Source: Sphyrna mokarran (taxonomy: Eukaryota). From it: DNA of 64,000 nucleotides. The translations under genes were made by a program, and so were the position numbers. Shown here piece after piece: positions 39,858 to 50,763 of the stretch. The stretch's first letter is position 1; each line of letters opens with the position of its first letter. Under the pieces are notes generated by a model, which was not told the DNA's origin, ran no database searches, and saw nothing but the letters and a program-made list of their open reading frames with translations. Location of the stretch: contig JAGIQG010000032.1 of assembly GCA_024679065.1 (NCBI GenBank), positions 5,890,001-5,954,000 on the forward strand. Direction: 5' to 3'.

Positions 39858-40454
39858 CTGATGTTCTGAATTTCTTGAACAGATTGGAGCTTACAGGGTT
39901 TGGAGAATTGCATTCATTTAGCATCAGGTTAAACCATCTCCAAGCACATTGTTTTATTGGGGATATTGTGTTGTCAACAGGATTCCATAAGACTGCAGTG
40001 CAATGAATCAAGTTGTGTTGGTTGAAAGTGTTGGATGCTGGGAGGATGCCTTGCCATCATCTCTCGGCACTATGATAAAATATTTAACATCTAGTCGCCT
40101 TCTGCTGCCTTGACCCTAAACTTCAGAATTCACTCCCTAAACAGTGGCTTTTAGTTTTGAAGTGAGCTCTTGCCTTGACAGGAAATAAAGAAATGGGGAA
40201 ATGTTTCCTCTTCCTGTCTCTGTTCCAGCTCTGTGTCGGTATCTACTTTCTCAGTATAAACTTTTAGTATCACAAGTAGGCTCAACATTGCATTGTTAAT
40301 GAAGTTATTGTGAAAATTCCCTAGGTGCTTGTTCAGGTACACTAAGGGAAAATTTAACATGGCCAATGCACCTAACCAACACATCTTTGAACTGTGGAAG
40401 GAAATCAGAGCACATGGAGGAGAGCCCCACAGAAACGGGGAGAACGTATAGAGT

Positions 40455-41352
40455 GGAATAGTGCGTCTAGTTCTGATCGCCCTGCTACCAGAAGGACGTG
40501 GAGACTCTGGAGAGAGTGCAGAGGAGGTTTACCAGGATGCTGCCTGGTACGGAAGGTCTGAGTTACAAGGAGAGGTTAGGTAAACTGGGACTGTTTTCCT
40601 TAGACGTAGACTTGGAGATCTAATAGAGGTGTACAAGATTATGAGGGGTATAGATAAACAGGGTTAAGCTTTTTCCTAGGCTGGACTCGAATACCATGAG
40701 AGGTCACGGGCTTAGGGTGAGGGGGGTAAGGTATAATTTGAATGTTAGAGGGAGTTTTTTCACACAGAGGGTGGTGGGGGTATGGAATGTGCTGCCAAGT
40801 GGTGGAGGCAGGCACTCTGGAGTTATTTAAGAAATCCTTAGATGGGCACATGAACAGAATGGGAATGGAGGGGTATAGAAAACTGATTTAAAATAGGGAT
40901 CATGAGCCTTGGGAAGTGTGTGTAAATAGATGATATTGATATACTTGTTTTTATCCTACAGGTGCTTTGGTCCACCTTGTTGTCTAACGAGGGGCATACA
41001 CGCGATGGGTTGTGAGAGGGCTGCTCTTGGATTTTTTCTGAGTATCCTAGTGCTTCACATTTAGTGTATGCTTGACCTGCACAATTTGATGGGCAACACG
41101 ACAGCTCAGTGACTATCGCTGTGCTGTGCAGATACATGGATTTGGGCCTGTGTCTGTGGGAGTTTCTCCCTGTGCTTGCATGGGTTTCCTCCCACATCCC
41201 AAAGATGTGCTCTTCGGCTAATTGGCAAAACAAATTCTCCCTAAATTGTCTCAAATTTGTTTTTTAATCTATAGATCTATAAACATAGACGGGGATCACA
41301 GGCTCGTTGGGCCGAAGGGCCTGTTTCCTGTGCTGTTTTGTTCTTTGTTCTG
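40455..41352 (+). mobile_element. CR1-type LINE 3' fragment with V-SINE-containing 3' UTR
   Basis: RT C-terminus (KDVETLERVQRRFTRMLPG) and a long 3' UTR homologous to 58490-59010. Confidence 0.9.
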
Positions 41353-41463
41353 CACCATAGGATTTCTATGGATTAAGGCAGTCCAATGAACTATATGTAA
41401 TTATGTACAAATGTCTGAATGAACTGCATTTTAGAAAACTTGTATATGATACATTGTTATGCA

Positions 41464-41505
41464 TTTATTACAAGCACAAGAGAAAGAGTTTTGCTGTAAT
41501 TTATT
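41464..41505 (-). terminator. Candidate NCOA4 polyadenylation signals (TTTATT at 41464 and 41500)
   Basis: AATAAA on the minus strand about 2.1 kb downstream of the stop, at the end of a mostly unique UTR-like tract. Confidence 0.45.
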
Positions 41506-43622
41506 GAGACGATTACATATTGAGTTTACCATCAAAACAATATCCATAAATAAGGATAATTGAAGAAGCAATGTCCTGGTGGTTTTTTTAATGAAGAGAA
41601 ACAGATGGAATTTAGTTCAAGTAGCTTCCATTTACTTTGATTATAAAATAGAATCAGTAGTGGCTACGCTAGAACATAGTACAGCACTGAACAAGCCCTT
41701 CGGCCCTCAATGTTGTGCTGAGCTTTGTCAAAATCAAGATCAAGCATGTTAATGAAACAGATTAGAGCTAAGTTGTTATACGGATTCATATCGCACCAAA
41801 GGACCTACGTAACCTAAAATCACACCATGGCAGTGGGTTATTAATAAGGAAAAAGGTTAAGTCCTCACACAATCTGACCAACAAACAGATGTGGTAAGGA
41901 CAGAAAAAGTCTTCCTCTTGATACTGAAATTGGCAAAAATTAAAATCTGTAATTAAAAAAATGTAAAATGGGCTACAGAACATGGATTCATTGGAGTGTA
42001 AGAAGCTGACACAATTAGCACAAGGTGACTGTATGATGACCGCTATCATCGCTGCCAGGCTTTTCCACCCTTGGGATCTACAGGATATTGACAAATCCAG
42101 CCAGATCAATTCCAGAACTGAAGAATCCTGATTCAACTATTCATCAGGACTAGAGAGGTGAATGAAAAAAGGTCACACACCGAGCTGGTGTTATCAACTG
42201 CTGCAGAATGATCCAACATATATGGGTTAGCTCAATGTCATCTCCTACAGTCTAAACAACAGAGGGGAACCAATACTCAAACTGGCCGATTTCCAAAATG
42301 GATATTGTAAGATTCTTCTTTCTCCCTCCTACAGCCAATTACATTTTTAGAATCATAATAATGACAAACAAGCATCTTCTATTCAAAACAAAGTATATTA
42401 TAAAGTGATATAGGAATCGCCAGATAAAATTTTGCTGTAATTGTTACATTCCAATTACTGTATCGAAATAAAATTGACCTCAAAACATTATCCCTTGGGT
42501 CAAGGATCAGTTGATGCATGTTCAACTGGATCATCCCATTTGGGTCAATAGTTACCTAGTTTGGACTAATCAGGTAAGGATTAAACTGAAAGGTTAACAA
42601 TAAAACAAGTGAGGGATTTGGTAACCACCCTACATTCCTCTAGCGCGTGCACACGAACTTTGCTTGTGACTGACTGGATGGACAAGTCAGGGGAAAAAAA
42701 GATTGGTTTGTTTGTAAGGAAATCAAATCCTGAAGCAGTTGGAATTTCAACACATCAAAAAGAGAGATCTAAGATTAAAATGTTTGGTTCCAAACCCTAA
42801 TATTGGTACACAAACAGCACGAGGAAAACAGGTAAGCATGGGAAGGCAACTCTCTCTCCCCCTCCCCACCCTGCCAATAGCTGGGAATATTGGCAAGATA
42901 AAATTCTAAAATTCAGAACTGAATACTTATTTACTCTGGTTTTTACTAGACTGGGTTATCTCTTATGAGCAAAACGTCAGCTATATTGTGCACGAAGACA
43001 TTTTGCTGGTATTTCACAAAATCACTTCAAGGATTTTGTACTTGCCCTATAAAGAGCGTACACTACCATGTTCTGCCACAAACATTTACTGTGTCTATTC
43101 ATGTACCCAGAACTGAGGTAATTTGAGGCATGTATACTCCTCTAAATATTCCATAATAGCAAATACCACTAAAGGTAGGGGCAGATCATTACAGTGTCAG
43201 TTTCATTCTTTTGCACTCTAGATGCCCTGCTCTAACAGTGCATTATTGCAAATTAACTAGGGAGCCCCAAATGCAAGTTAATTCACACAATTTGTTAGAC
43301 AACATAATCTAACTGCACTGCAGACACCCTGCCCTGGAGGGAGATAAGCTACATATAACCCCAGATGAAAATGATTACCTTTTTGAAGGGAAGGGGGAAG
43401 AGTAGGGGATTACAGTTGATTACATAGATTTCCCCCATCGTGTTAACTTTCCCAGTTTCACAGGACAACTCATACACACACCAGAAAGAATTTGAACACA
43501 GTAGTCTTCAAGGCAGAAGCAAGAAATTGATTCAGCAGAATCTGATCAGAGGGGATGCGTGTGCGCTTGATGTAGTTCCAGAATAAAGGCAAGTCAGCCA
43601 ATTCATCTTCAGAGTTGGTGGT

Positions 43623-43628
43623 TCAGAG
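43623..43628 (-). CDS. NCOA4: NCOA4 terminal coding exon (CTC TGA, then 3' UTR)
   Basis: Acceptor CTTTTCTGCCTCTATAG|CTCTGA mirrors the one-codon-plus-stop last exon recalled for human NCOA4. Confidence 0.7.
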   Translation of the reverse strand, partial: L

Positions 43629-44529
43629 CTATAGAGGCAGAAAAGATAAAACATCATTCATCGGATGCAAGGTACATGGATCCCCATGTATTTCAGGAAA
43701 AATATTCAGCACCTTGCATCACAAAAGCCCATTCAAAACCCTATGGTTATTACCCTCACAATGATCCCACAATATATTTAGAACATTGACAGTAACTGAC
43801 ATTAAATAGTTCAGGTAAGACACTTGCAACCAGTAGCTGAAGAGGAAGTTGTTGGGCTGCTGTGAACATATGCCTAAACACAATACATCTGCATGAATAT
43901 TAGACCCTACACCCATTTAGAAAACAGCTGGAACCATTGCTTAGCAATGAAACTGAGATTTAAGGACACCAGATACAAGCAAATTTAGTGCTGATCAGTA
44001 AGTCTTGAATGCCAGATAATTCTTTCAGAGGAACGTGCTTCGAGTATAAGATTTGTTACTCGAAGCAGTTTTGTAGAGCCACAAGAAAGCACTTAGAAGT
44101 AGAGCATTCTATAAATCAGACTAACTGATAAATCTGTCAAGAGTCAAGATGTAGAGGGTGGGAAAATATGCAGACACTGTGGAACGCAATGCGTGACCAA
44201 GTGGAAATCCATCTTTCATTGATGAATCTTACTTCAACTAAAATGTAACAGATATGTTTGACAAAGATATCCAAGTAAAATGTATGCCACTTTAGTGCAC
44301 TTCATTCATTTTAATGCTTCAATTCCCCCTTCCGATTAGACAAACTGATAATCAAGTTTAGCCATTAGGAAGCGTGAGTGAATAACATCTGAAAGTCTCC
44401 CTCCATTCCTTGACTATGTGAGAGAAAGAACCTCAGGGATGGAGATATTGCTGGAATCAGTCATAATATTGTGTCTGCACTGTGGAACATGAGTGCATCT
44501 CACCTCAAACTTAACCTAAAAGTGTAAAG

Positions 44530-44965
44530 GGTGGCACTGTGGTTAGCACCGCTACCTCAGTGCCAGGGACCCGGGTTTGATTCCTGACTTGGGTTACTGT
44601 CTGTGTAGAATTTGCACATTCTCCCTGTGTCTGTGTGGGTTTCCTCTGGGTACGCCAGTGTCCTCCCACAGTCCAAAGATATGCAGGTTAGGTGCAGTGA
44701 CCATGCTAAATTGCTCCTTAGTGTGAGGGGGACTAGCTAGAGTAAGTGCATAGAGTTTTGGGGGATGGGGGATGGGGGACGGGGGGTGGGTGGTGGTGGT
44801 AGGGCATGGTAGGATTGTGATTGGTGCAGATTTGATGGGCCTAATGGCCTCCTTCTGCACTGTAGGATTCTAGAATTCTACAAGGAACATGTTTGATTTT
44901 CACAGTAACTTCACTGCGGTGTTAACATAAGTCTACTTGTGACACTAATAAATAAACTTTAAACT
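44530..44965 (+). mobile_element. HE1/V-SINE with a type A tail followed by a type B tail
   Basis: Full head and core, G-rich insert, GCACTGTAGGATTCTA, then TTTTCACAGTAACTTCAC...AATAAATAAA. Confidence 0.85.
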
Positions 44966-45792
44966 GGGTCACGGTCCCAGTTCATATTCTTTACCCTAAC
45001 AGCTGGGGTACTGATGCACAAAACTCCCACTGCAATGCTGCAAATGGCTAAAAATCCTTGTTTATCCTGCTTGACCAGCTTGTATTACAGAAAAACATTT
45101 CCATGCCACTAACCTTATTTGAGGGTTCGTGCCCAATCTCTTCTGATCAACAAACTCCACTGATCTTTGGGATGTATGCTCCTCGTGGACCTTGTTCAAT
45201 CTATATCAAAAGATAAAATTATTAGGGAAGGATTTAACCTGTTGCTTCAATAGTCAAACACAAGGTAGCCAGCCAGTCCTTATACCTTCTCACAGTTCAG
45301 TTACATCATGGCTATTCCATATTAGCTCATTTATTCACTCGTGGCATTATGACCCTTCATTTCTCTTGCCAAACAAAAATCTTAATAACTCACATAATGG
45401 CCAGAATTTTACTGTCCCAGCTGCCAGAGTGGGTGAGGAACAGAAAATGGAAAGGTCTGTTAACCTTGGGTGGGATTTTAGTTTTGGGACGAGTGAGGAC
45501 ATAAAATTCAGTCCAATCGGGATATTTCCTCTCAGCGTGCCACAAGTTCTCCAATATGCCTTATTTGGCCACCAGAATCATGCTTTTCAATGAGGCAGTC
45601 GCTGCACAAGCTCTTCAACCGTGCCTGGGCAGACCAGTTTCCGCCTGAGACAACGCAACAGGAGACAAACTTATGTGACATAGATAATCCTGTGCATCTA
45701 GGAAATGCCTTCCATCACACAGCTCTCTCTCTCTCTCTCAAACAAACACACAAATTCGTCCTCCCTAGTCTAATTTAAATTCCAACACTGAC

Positions 45793-45879
45793 CCGCCGAG
45801 GACCTTTGTACAGCCACTTCTCTGGGTCAAAAGGCTCCTTAAAGTGAGCAAACAGGTTGCTAAACGATACGGATTTTTC
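45793..45879 (-). CDS. NCOA4: NCOA4 exon 9b
   Basis: EKSVSFSNLFAHFKEPFDPEKWLYKGPRR resembles human DLFACMQLKVDKEKWLYRTP; acceptor TTTTTCCCATTGTAG, donor GTCAGT; 87 nt, phase 0/0. Confidence 0.88.
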
Positions 45880-46754
45880 CTACAATGGGAAAAAGAAAGA
45901 ATTCATGAATCAGAGATTTGACAAATCAGAAAGAGTGTTGCAAATATAAAATGTGTTATTATAAAACAGCATTACAAAAATTTTATTCTAATCCTTAAAG
46001 AATCACAGAACTCCTGCAGTGCACAAGGAAGCCATTTGGCCCTTCAACACTGCACCAAAATAATTCCATCTATCCACAGAACCCCACGTATTTACCCTGC
46101 TAGTCCCCTTGACATTATGAAGCGATTGAGCATGGCTGTGGGAGGAAACTGGAGCATCCAGAGGAAACGCACACAAACAAAGGGAGAACGTACAAACTGC
46201 AGAATCACCCAAGGTGGGAATCAAACCCAGGTCCCTAATGCTAATTGAAGTGCTGCCGTGCCAACCAAAGAAGGCAGCTTTAACTGCACGAAATCCAATC
46301 CCTTTCTTTCACAATGAAAACCAGATCATTGCAGTGCAGTAAAATCAGTGTCATGTTGCAGAAAGATACATCATCACTTTTATCCAAGAAGTACCCAGAG
46401 CTCGTGGCCAGAGATCAGAGTCAGATAAAGCTTTGTTTACCAAATACCTGTGACATTTTGTCATGTTTTCTAATGGTCAACTGAGCTACCAAAAATCAAG
46501 CAGCTTTCTACCCAATGTCAGATAGCGGGTGATGCAGTCACAGAGAGAGAGGGTGGGAAGAGAGAGAGAATCACAGCCATACTAAACTCCACACAACAAT
46601 TAGGATCAAGAAACCACCCATTCATCTTCAGCTTTCCTTGCATCAAGATCATTCCTAGCAGTTTGCACCAGAATCAAACTTGGTGGCTCCCTACTCAGTA
46701 TAGCTCTGTCTCATCAGCTGGAGTGTTAAACAGCTTTGGTTTCACTTAAAATGC

Positions 46755-47566
46755 AACTGAGCGGAAAAGTGGCAGATGGACTTCAACGCAGATAAATGTG
46801 TAGTGGTCCATTTTGGCAGGAATAATGGGATGAAGGAGTACAATATAAGGGGTAGGAGTCTTAGCTGTGTTGTAGAGCAGAAGGATCTCGGGGTCCGGGT
46901 CCACAGGACTCTTAAATCGGCCTCGCAGGTGGAGGAAGTGGTCAAGAAGGCGTACGGTGTACTGGCCTTCATTAATCGAGGAATAGAGTTTAGGAGTCAG
47001 GAGGTAATGATGCAGCTCTATAAGACTCTTGTCAGACCCCAGTTGGAGTATTGTGCGCAGTTCTGGTCGCCTCATTATAGGAAGGATGTAGAGGCTATTG
47101 AGAGAGTTCAGAGGAGATTTACAAGGATGCTGCCTGGATTGGGAGGCAGGCCTTATGAAGATAGGTTGAGGGAGCTGGGACTCTTCTCACTGGAGAGACG
47201 TAGGTTGAGAGGCGACCTGATAGAGGTTTATAAAATGTTGAGAGGAATAGATAGGGTGGACTCTCAGAGACTATTTCCCCGAGCTGAAATGGTCACTACG
47301 GGAGGACACAGATTTAAGGTGCAGGGAAGCAAATACAAAGGAGATATCAGGGGTAGGTTTTTCACTCAGAGGGTGGTGAGTGAATGGAACCGACTGCCGT
47401 CGGAGGTTGTTGAGGCAAACTCACTGGGGTCTTTTAAGAGACTTCTGGATGAGTATATGGAAACAAATAGGATAATTGGGTTATAGATAGGTCTGTGATT
47501 GGTAGATGTGATCGGCGCAACTCGTGGGCCGAAGGGCCTGTTTGTGCTGTGTTGTTCTATGTTCTA
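46755..47566 (+). mobile_element. Young 5'-truncated CR1/HER1-type LINE with an intact 236-aa RT C-terminal frame
   Basis: ORF 46776-47486; tail GGGCCGAAGGGCCTGTT...(TTCTA)n. Confidence 0.95.
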
Positions 47567-47579
47567 AACCAGTTTCCTT

Positions 47580-47885
47580 GAGCAGTCAAGCACAGTGATG
47601 AACACTGCTGCCTCACAGTGCCAGGAACCTGGGTTCGACTCCTGGACTGGGTTACTGTGCGCGTGGAGTTTGCACATTTTCCCCCTGTCTGTATGCGTTT
47701 CCTTCGGGTGCTCTGGTTTCCTTCCACAGTCCGAAAGACACGCTGGTTAGATGCATTGGCCGTGCTAAATTCTCCCTTAGATGCACCCGAACAGATGTCA
47801 GAGTGTGCCAACTAGGGGATTTTCACAGTAACTTAATTGCAGTGTTATTGTAAGCCTACTTCTCACATCAATAAATAAACTTTAA
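47580..47885 (+). mobile_element. HE1/V-SINE, tail type B
   Basis: Head GGGTTCGACTCC, V core and type B tail. Confidence 0.88.
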
Positions 47886-48243
47886 ACAAAGTGAAATAAT
47901 TGACGGTTAAAATAGAGATGCAGGGAGTCGGGGGAGGGGTTATGGAATTAGAATGAAACATGAACATCAGCCATGACTGGTCTCATATTCAAGCGATAAG
48001 CTGCTCATGTAGTTTCTCACTATCCCCAACAATAAATATTTGATCAGATGAATATCAATGAAGCAATTATCCTCAAAATTAACACATCTATTCTAATGCA
48101 GACAAAGTCTGCTGCAAGCGAATTTGTGAACAGGCCAAAAAAAACTTGCTGGAAAGGCTCTTTCAGTGAAAGATTAGCTGCATGGTAATACACAGTCAGA
48201 TAACATATTTACACTGGCAACGCTGCACTGCACAGATACTGAC

Positions 48244-48318
48244 CTTTGCTGGAAGCTGCTCTCGATCAACAGTGAGCTTCGAGAAAAGACTGGACACTTC
48301 AGGTATACCACTCAGTTC
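48244..48318 (-). CDS. NCOA4: NCOA4 exon 9a
   Basis: ELSGIPEVSSLFSKLTVDREQLPAK resembles human YGLPAVCDLFACMQLKVDKE; acceptor TTTATGCTTAG, donor GTCAGT; 75 nt, phase 0/0. Confidence 0.75.
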
Positions 48319-48649
48319 CTAAGCATAAACACACATACTTAAGTGCTTTGGGAAACAGCTTTGAACTTTGCAAAGTAACTCCCACTTTGTTACTAAAGCT
48401 GCACTGCACTAGCCTCAGTCTTCACTGAATATAGGGAAGATTGACAATGGCTACTGGTACATATGCGATCATGTGGAATTGCTAATAAAACTGCTGCAAA
48501 AAGGTACAACAATTGGGGACACCCACAAGTTAATGTCTCCTGAATATTAACAGCTGGCTCACAGAGGGGCTGGAGAACGAATACTCCACAGCCACAACTA
48601 ACCCCAATCGCTGAGCAAAGTGGCAGATTACTGATAATTGGCTAATGGG

Positions 48650-48910
48650 CAAATTGGTTAGCACTGCTACTTCAGTGCCAGAGAGCCAGGTTTGATTCCC
48701 AGCTCGGGTCACTCTCTGTGCACATTCTCCCTCCGGGGGTTTCCTCTGGTTCCCTCCTGCCATCCAAAAGGTGTGCTGGTTAGGTGCATTGGCTATGCTA
48801 AATTCTCCTTCAGTGTACCCAAACAGATGCCAGAGTGTGGTGACTGGGGGATTTTCACACTAACTTTATTGCAATGTTAACGTAAGCCTACTTGTGAGAC
48901 TAATAAATTA
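48650..48910 (+). mobile_element. HE1/V-SINE, tail type B
   Basis: Head TGGTTAGCACTGCT, V core and type B tail. Confidence 0.85.
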
Positions 48911-49590
48911 GAGGAGTTAAACATGGAGAGCATGACCTTGAATTTCTGGAAGTTCATTCAGAACCAGCTCATTGGGGTGACAGCACAGTTTCCTAATCAC
49001 TGACCTAATAAAGCAGAGACCTTTGGAGTCATTACTGGAGGACTTTCGCCAATTTAAAATGATTTTGAAGCAATGCCCACATGGCTAATGAGCTATAAAG
49101 TTTTCCTACTGCTCACAAACAAACCATTAAGCTGCATAACACATAGATAAGACAAAAAAAACATAGGGGCAAAAAATGTAGACCGATGAATCACTGCTGG
49201 GAATTGTTCAGACATGTTTAGCCTCAGTAGCTTAGAAAGACGTGGAGTGGGGTCTGAAATAAAATTCTTTTACATCGTAGGCGATGCGCCTTCAAGCAAG
49301 GATGTAACCTGGGCTGAAGGTAGGATGTAACTATCAAGGATGTTTATAGTTATTTAGGGTTTTCTTTGAAATTTGTCTGTGTTGTGAATGCTCAATGGGT
49401 AAAGAGATATGTCCACCTTGGGAAGTGAAGCAAAGTATTATTTTGAGCAATCTGGGGAATGGTGTTTCAGTTCATTATCAGCCCACCTTAGTGAGTGACA
49501 AGAATGAATGCACCTTATTAAATGAACAGATGACAAATATACCAAGCATCATAAAAATACAGTTCTGGGATAAGAGTTGGAGATTCTTAC

Positions 49591-50763
49591 ATGTGCTTTC
49601 TTGCGCAGCAAAAATTTATTCTCTACTTCGTGTTCAGCCCCTTTCTCTGCGCCCTCAAGTACAGTGTTAACAGGAGATTTTGATATCAGGGTTTCGTATG
49701 ACTTCACAGGATTGCTGACAGAGACCTCTGGTTCTTTTGTGGACTGTGATCGGGGATGTAGCCACTGTTCTAAATCAGTCTTCTGCTGCTCTGCACTGTG
49801 CTTGCTCGGCTGACCTGTCTGCACGCCATTCTTGTCTCTTCCCGCTTGCTTGAGTAGCCATTCGTTGACTGCCTCCTTTTCACAGCTCCGGCCACACACG
49901 CACTCCGAGAAACTGCTGCACTGCTCGTTGGCTTTACACACGTCTGCAACTCGGATTGGCAATGGTGAAGGAAGGCAGCGGGAGTTGTTTACCGACACTG
50001 GCGACGGTTTCTTGGCATTATGGTACTCACTCAGGCACTTCAGCTTGCCAAGGTTTTCGATCTCTATGGCTTTGGGCTGAACGCCACAGCAGCTATTACA
50101 GGAATCACCCTTACTTGACTTCAGAAGCCACTCGCTGGTACTGTACTTCTCTCTGAAAGGCTGAGTTATGGATTTCCATTTGTCTTCATTGGTGCTGTCA
50201 CCAGTTGCTTTTTCAGAATGTGTGTTCTTCACTTCAGCGATTGGGCTCGCTTCTTCCTCTTCTTGGTCCACAACATCCATGTCAAATTCCTCTATAAGCT
50301 CAAAGGTGGAAGAGCTACCAGATGACTCAGTACGCTGGCGTGGAGGGGTCTCCTTGGAGGGACCGGATTTCTGCTTCTCGGAAAGTAGCCAGTGCTCGAG
50401 ACCCTGACGATGACCCCAGGCCTGCAATTTGTAGTAATTCACATCGGCTGGATCCTCACTGGCGGGACTGGGATGTTGCTGTGGAGTGATCTTCTCAGTT
50501 ATGTCAAGGTTCTGCTTGCTGGTAAACAGCCAGTGCTCAAGGCCCTGCCGATGACCCCAGGCCTGCATTCTATAGTAGTTGGGATCTTTTGGGCTCAGGT
50601 TACAGCTAGTGGTGGTTTGGGTGCACTGTTGAGCAGCAATGTTCTCAGCTGGGTGATACCTTCGTTTGCTGGGGAGCAGCCAGTTCTCAAGGCCCTGTTG
50701 ACGCCCCCAGGCTGATAATTTGTAGGAGTCTGAATCTTTTGCACTGGGAGCTGGTGATGATCC
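49591..50763 (-). CDS. NCOA4: NCOA4 large exon 8 (391 codons)
   Basis: Open frame with [44 protein letters not shown] and LLRKKAH; acceptor TTTTTCCACAG, donor GTAAGA. Confidence 0.96.

Noticed and set aside
41500-43622. Iron-responsive element in the NCOA4 3' UTR
   Set aside because: The CAGUGH hexamers I checked on the minus strand (e.g. near 43315) lack the 5-bp upper stem and C bulge.
44755-44805. G-quadruplex-forming G-rich tract
   Set aside because: It is a low-complexity expansion inside one SINE copy with no sign of function.
46776-47486. 236-aa ORF as a host gene or intact reverse transcriptase
   Set aside because: It is only the C-terminal part of a 5'-truncated CR1 ORF2 and lacks the catalytic core.
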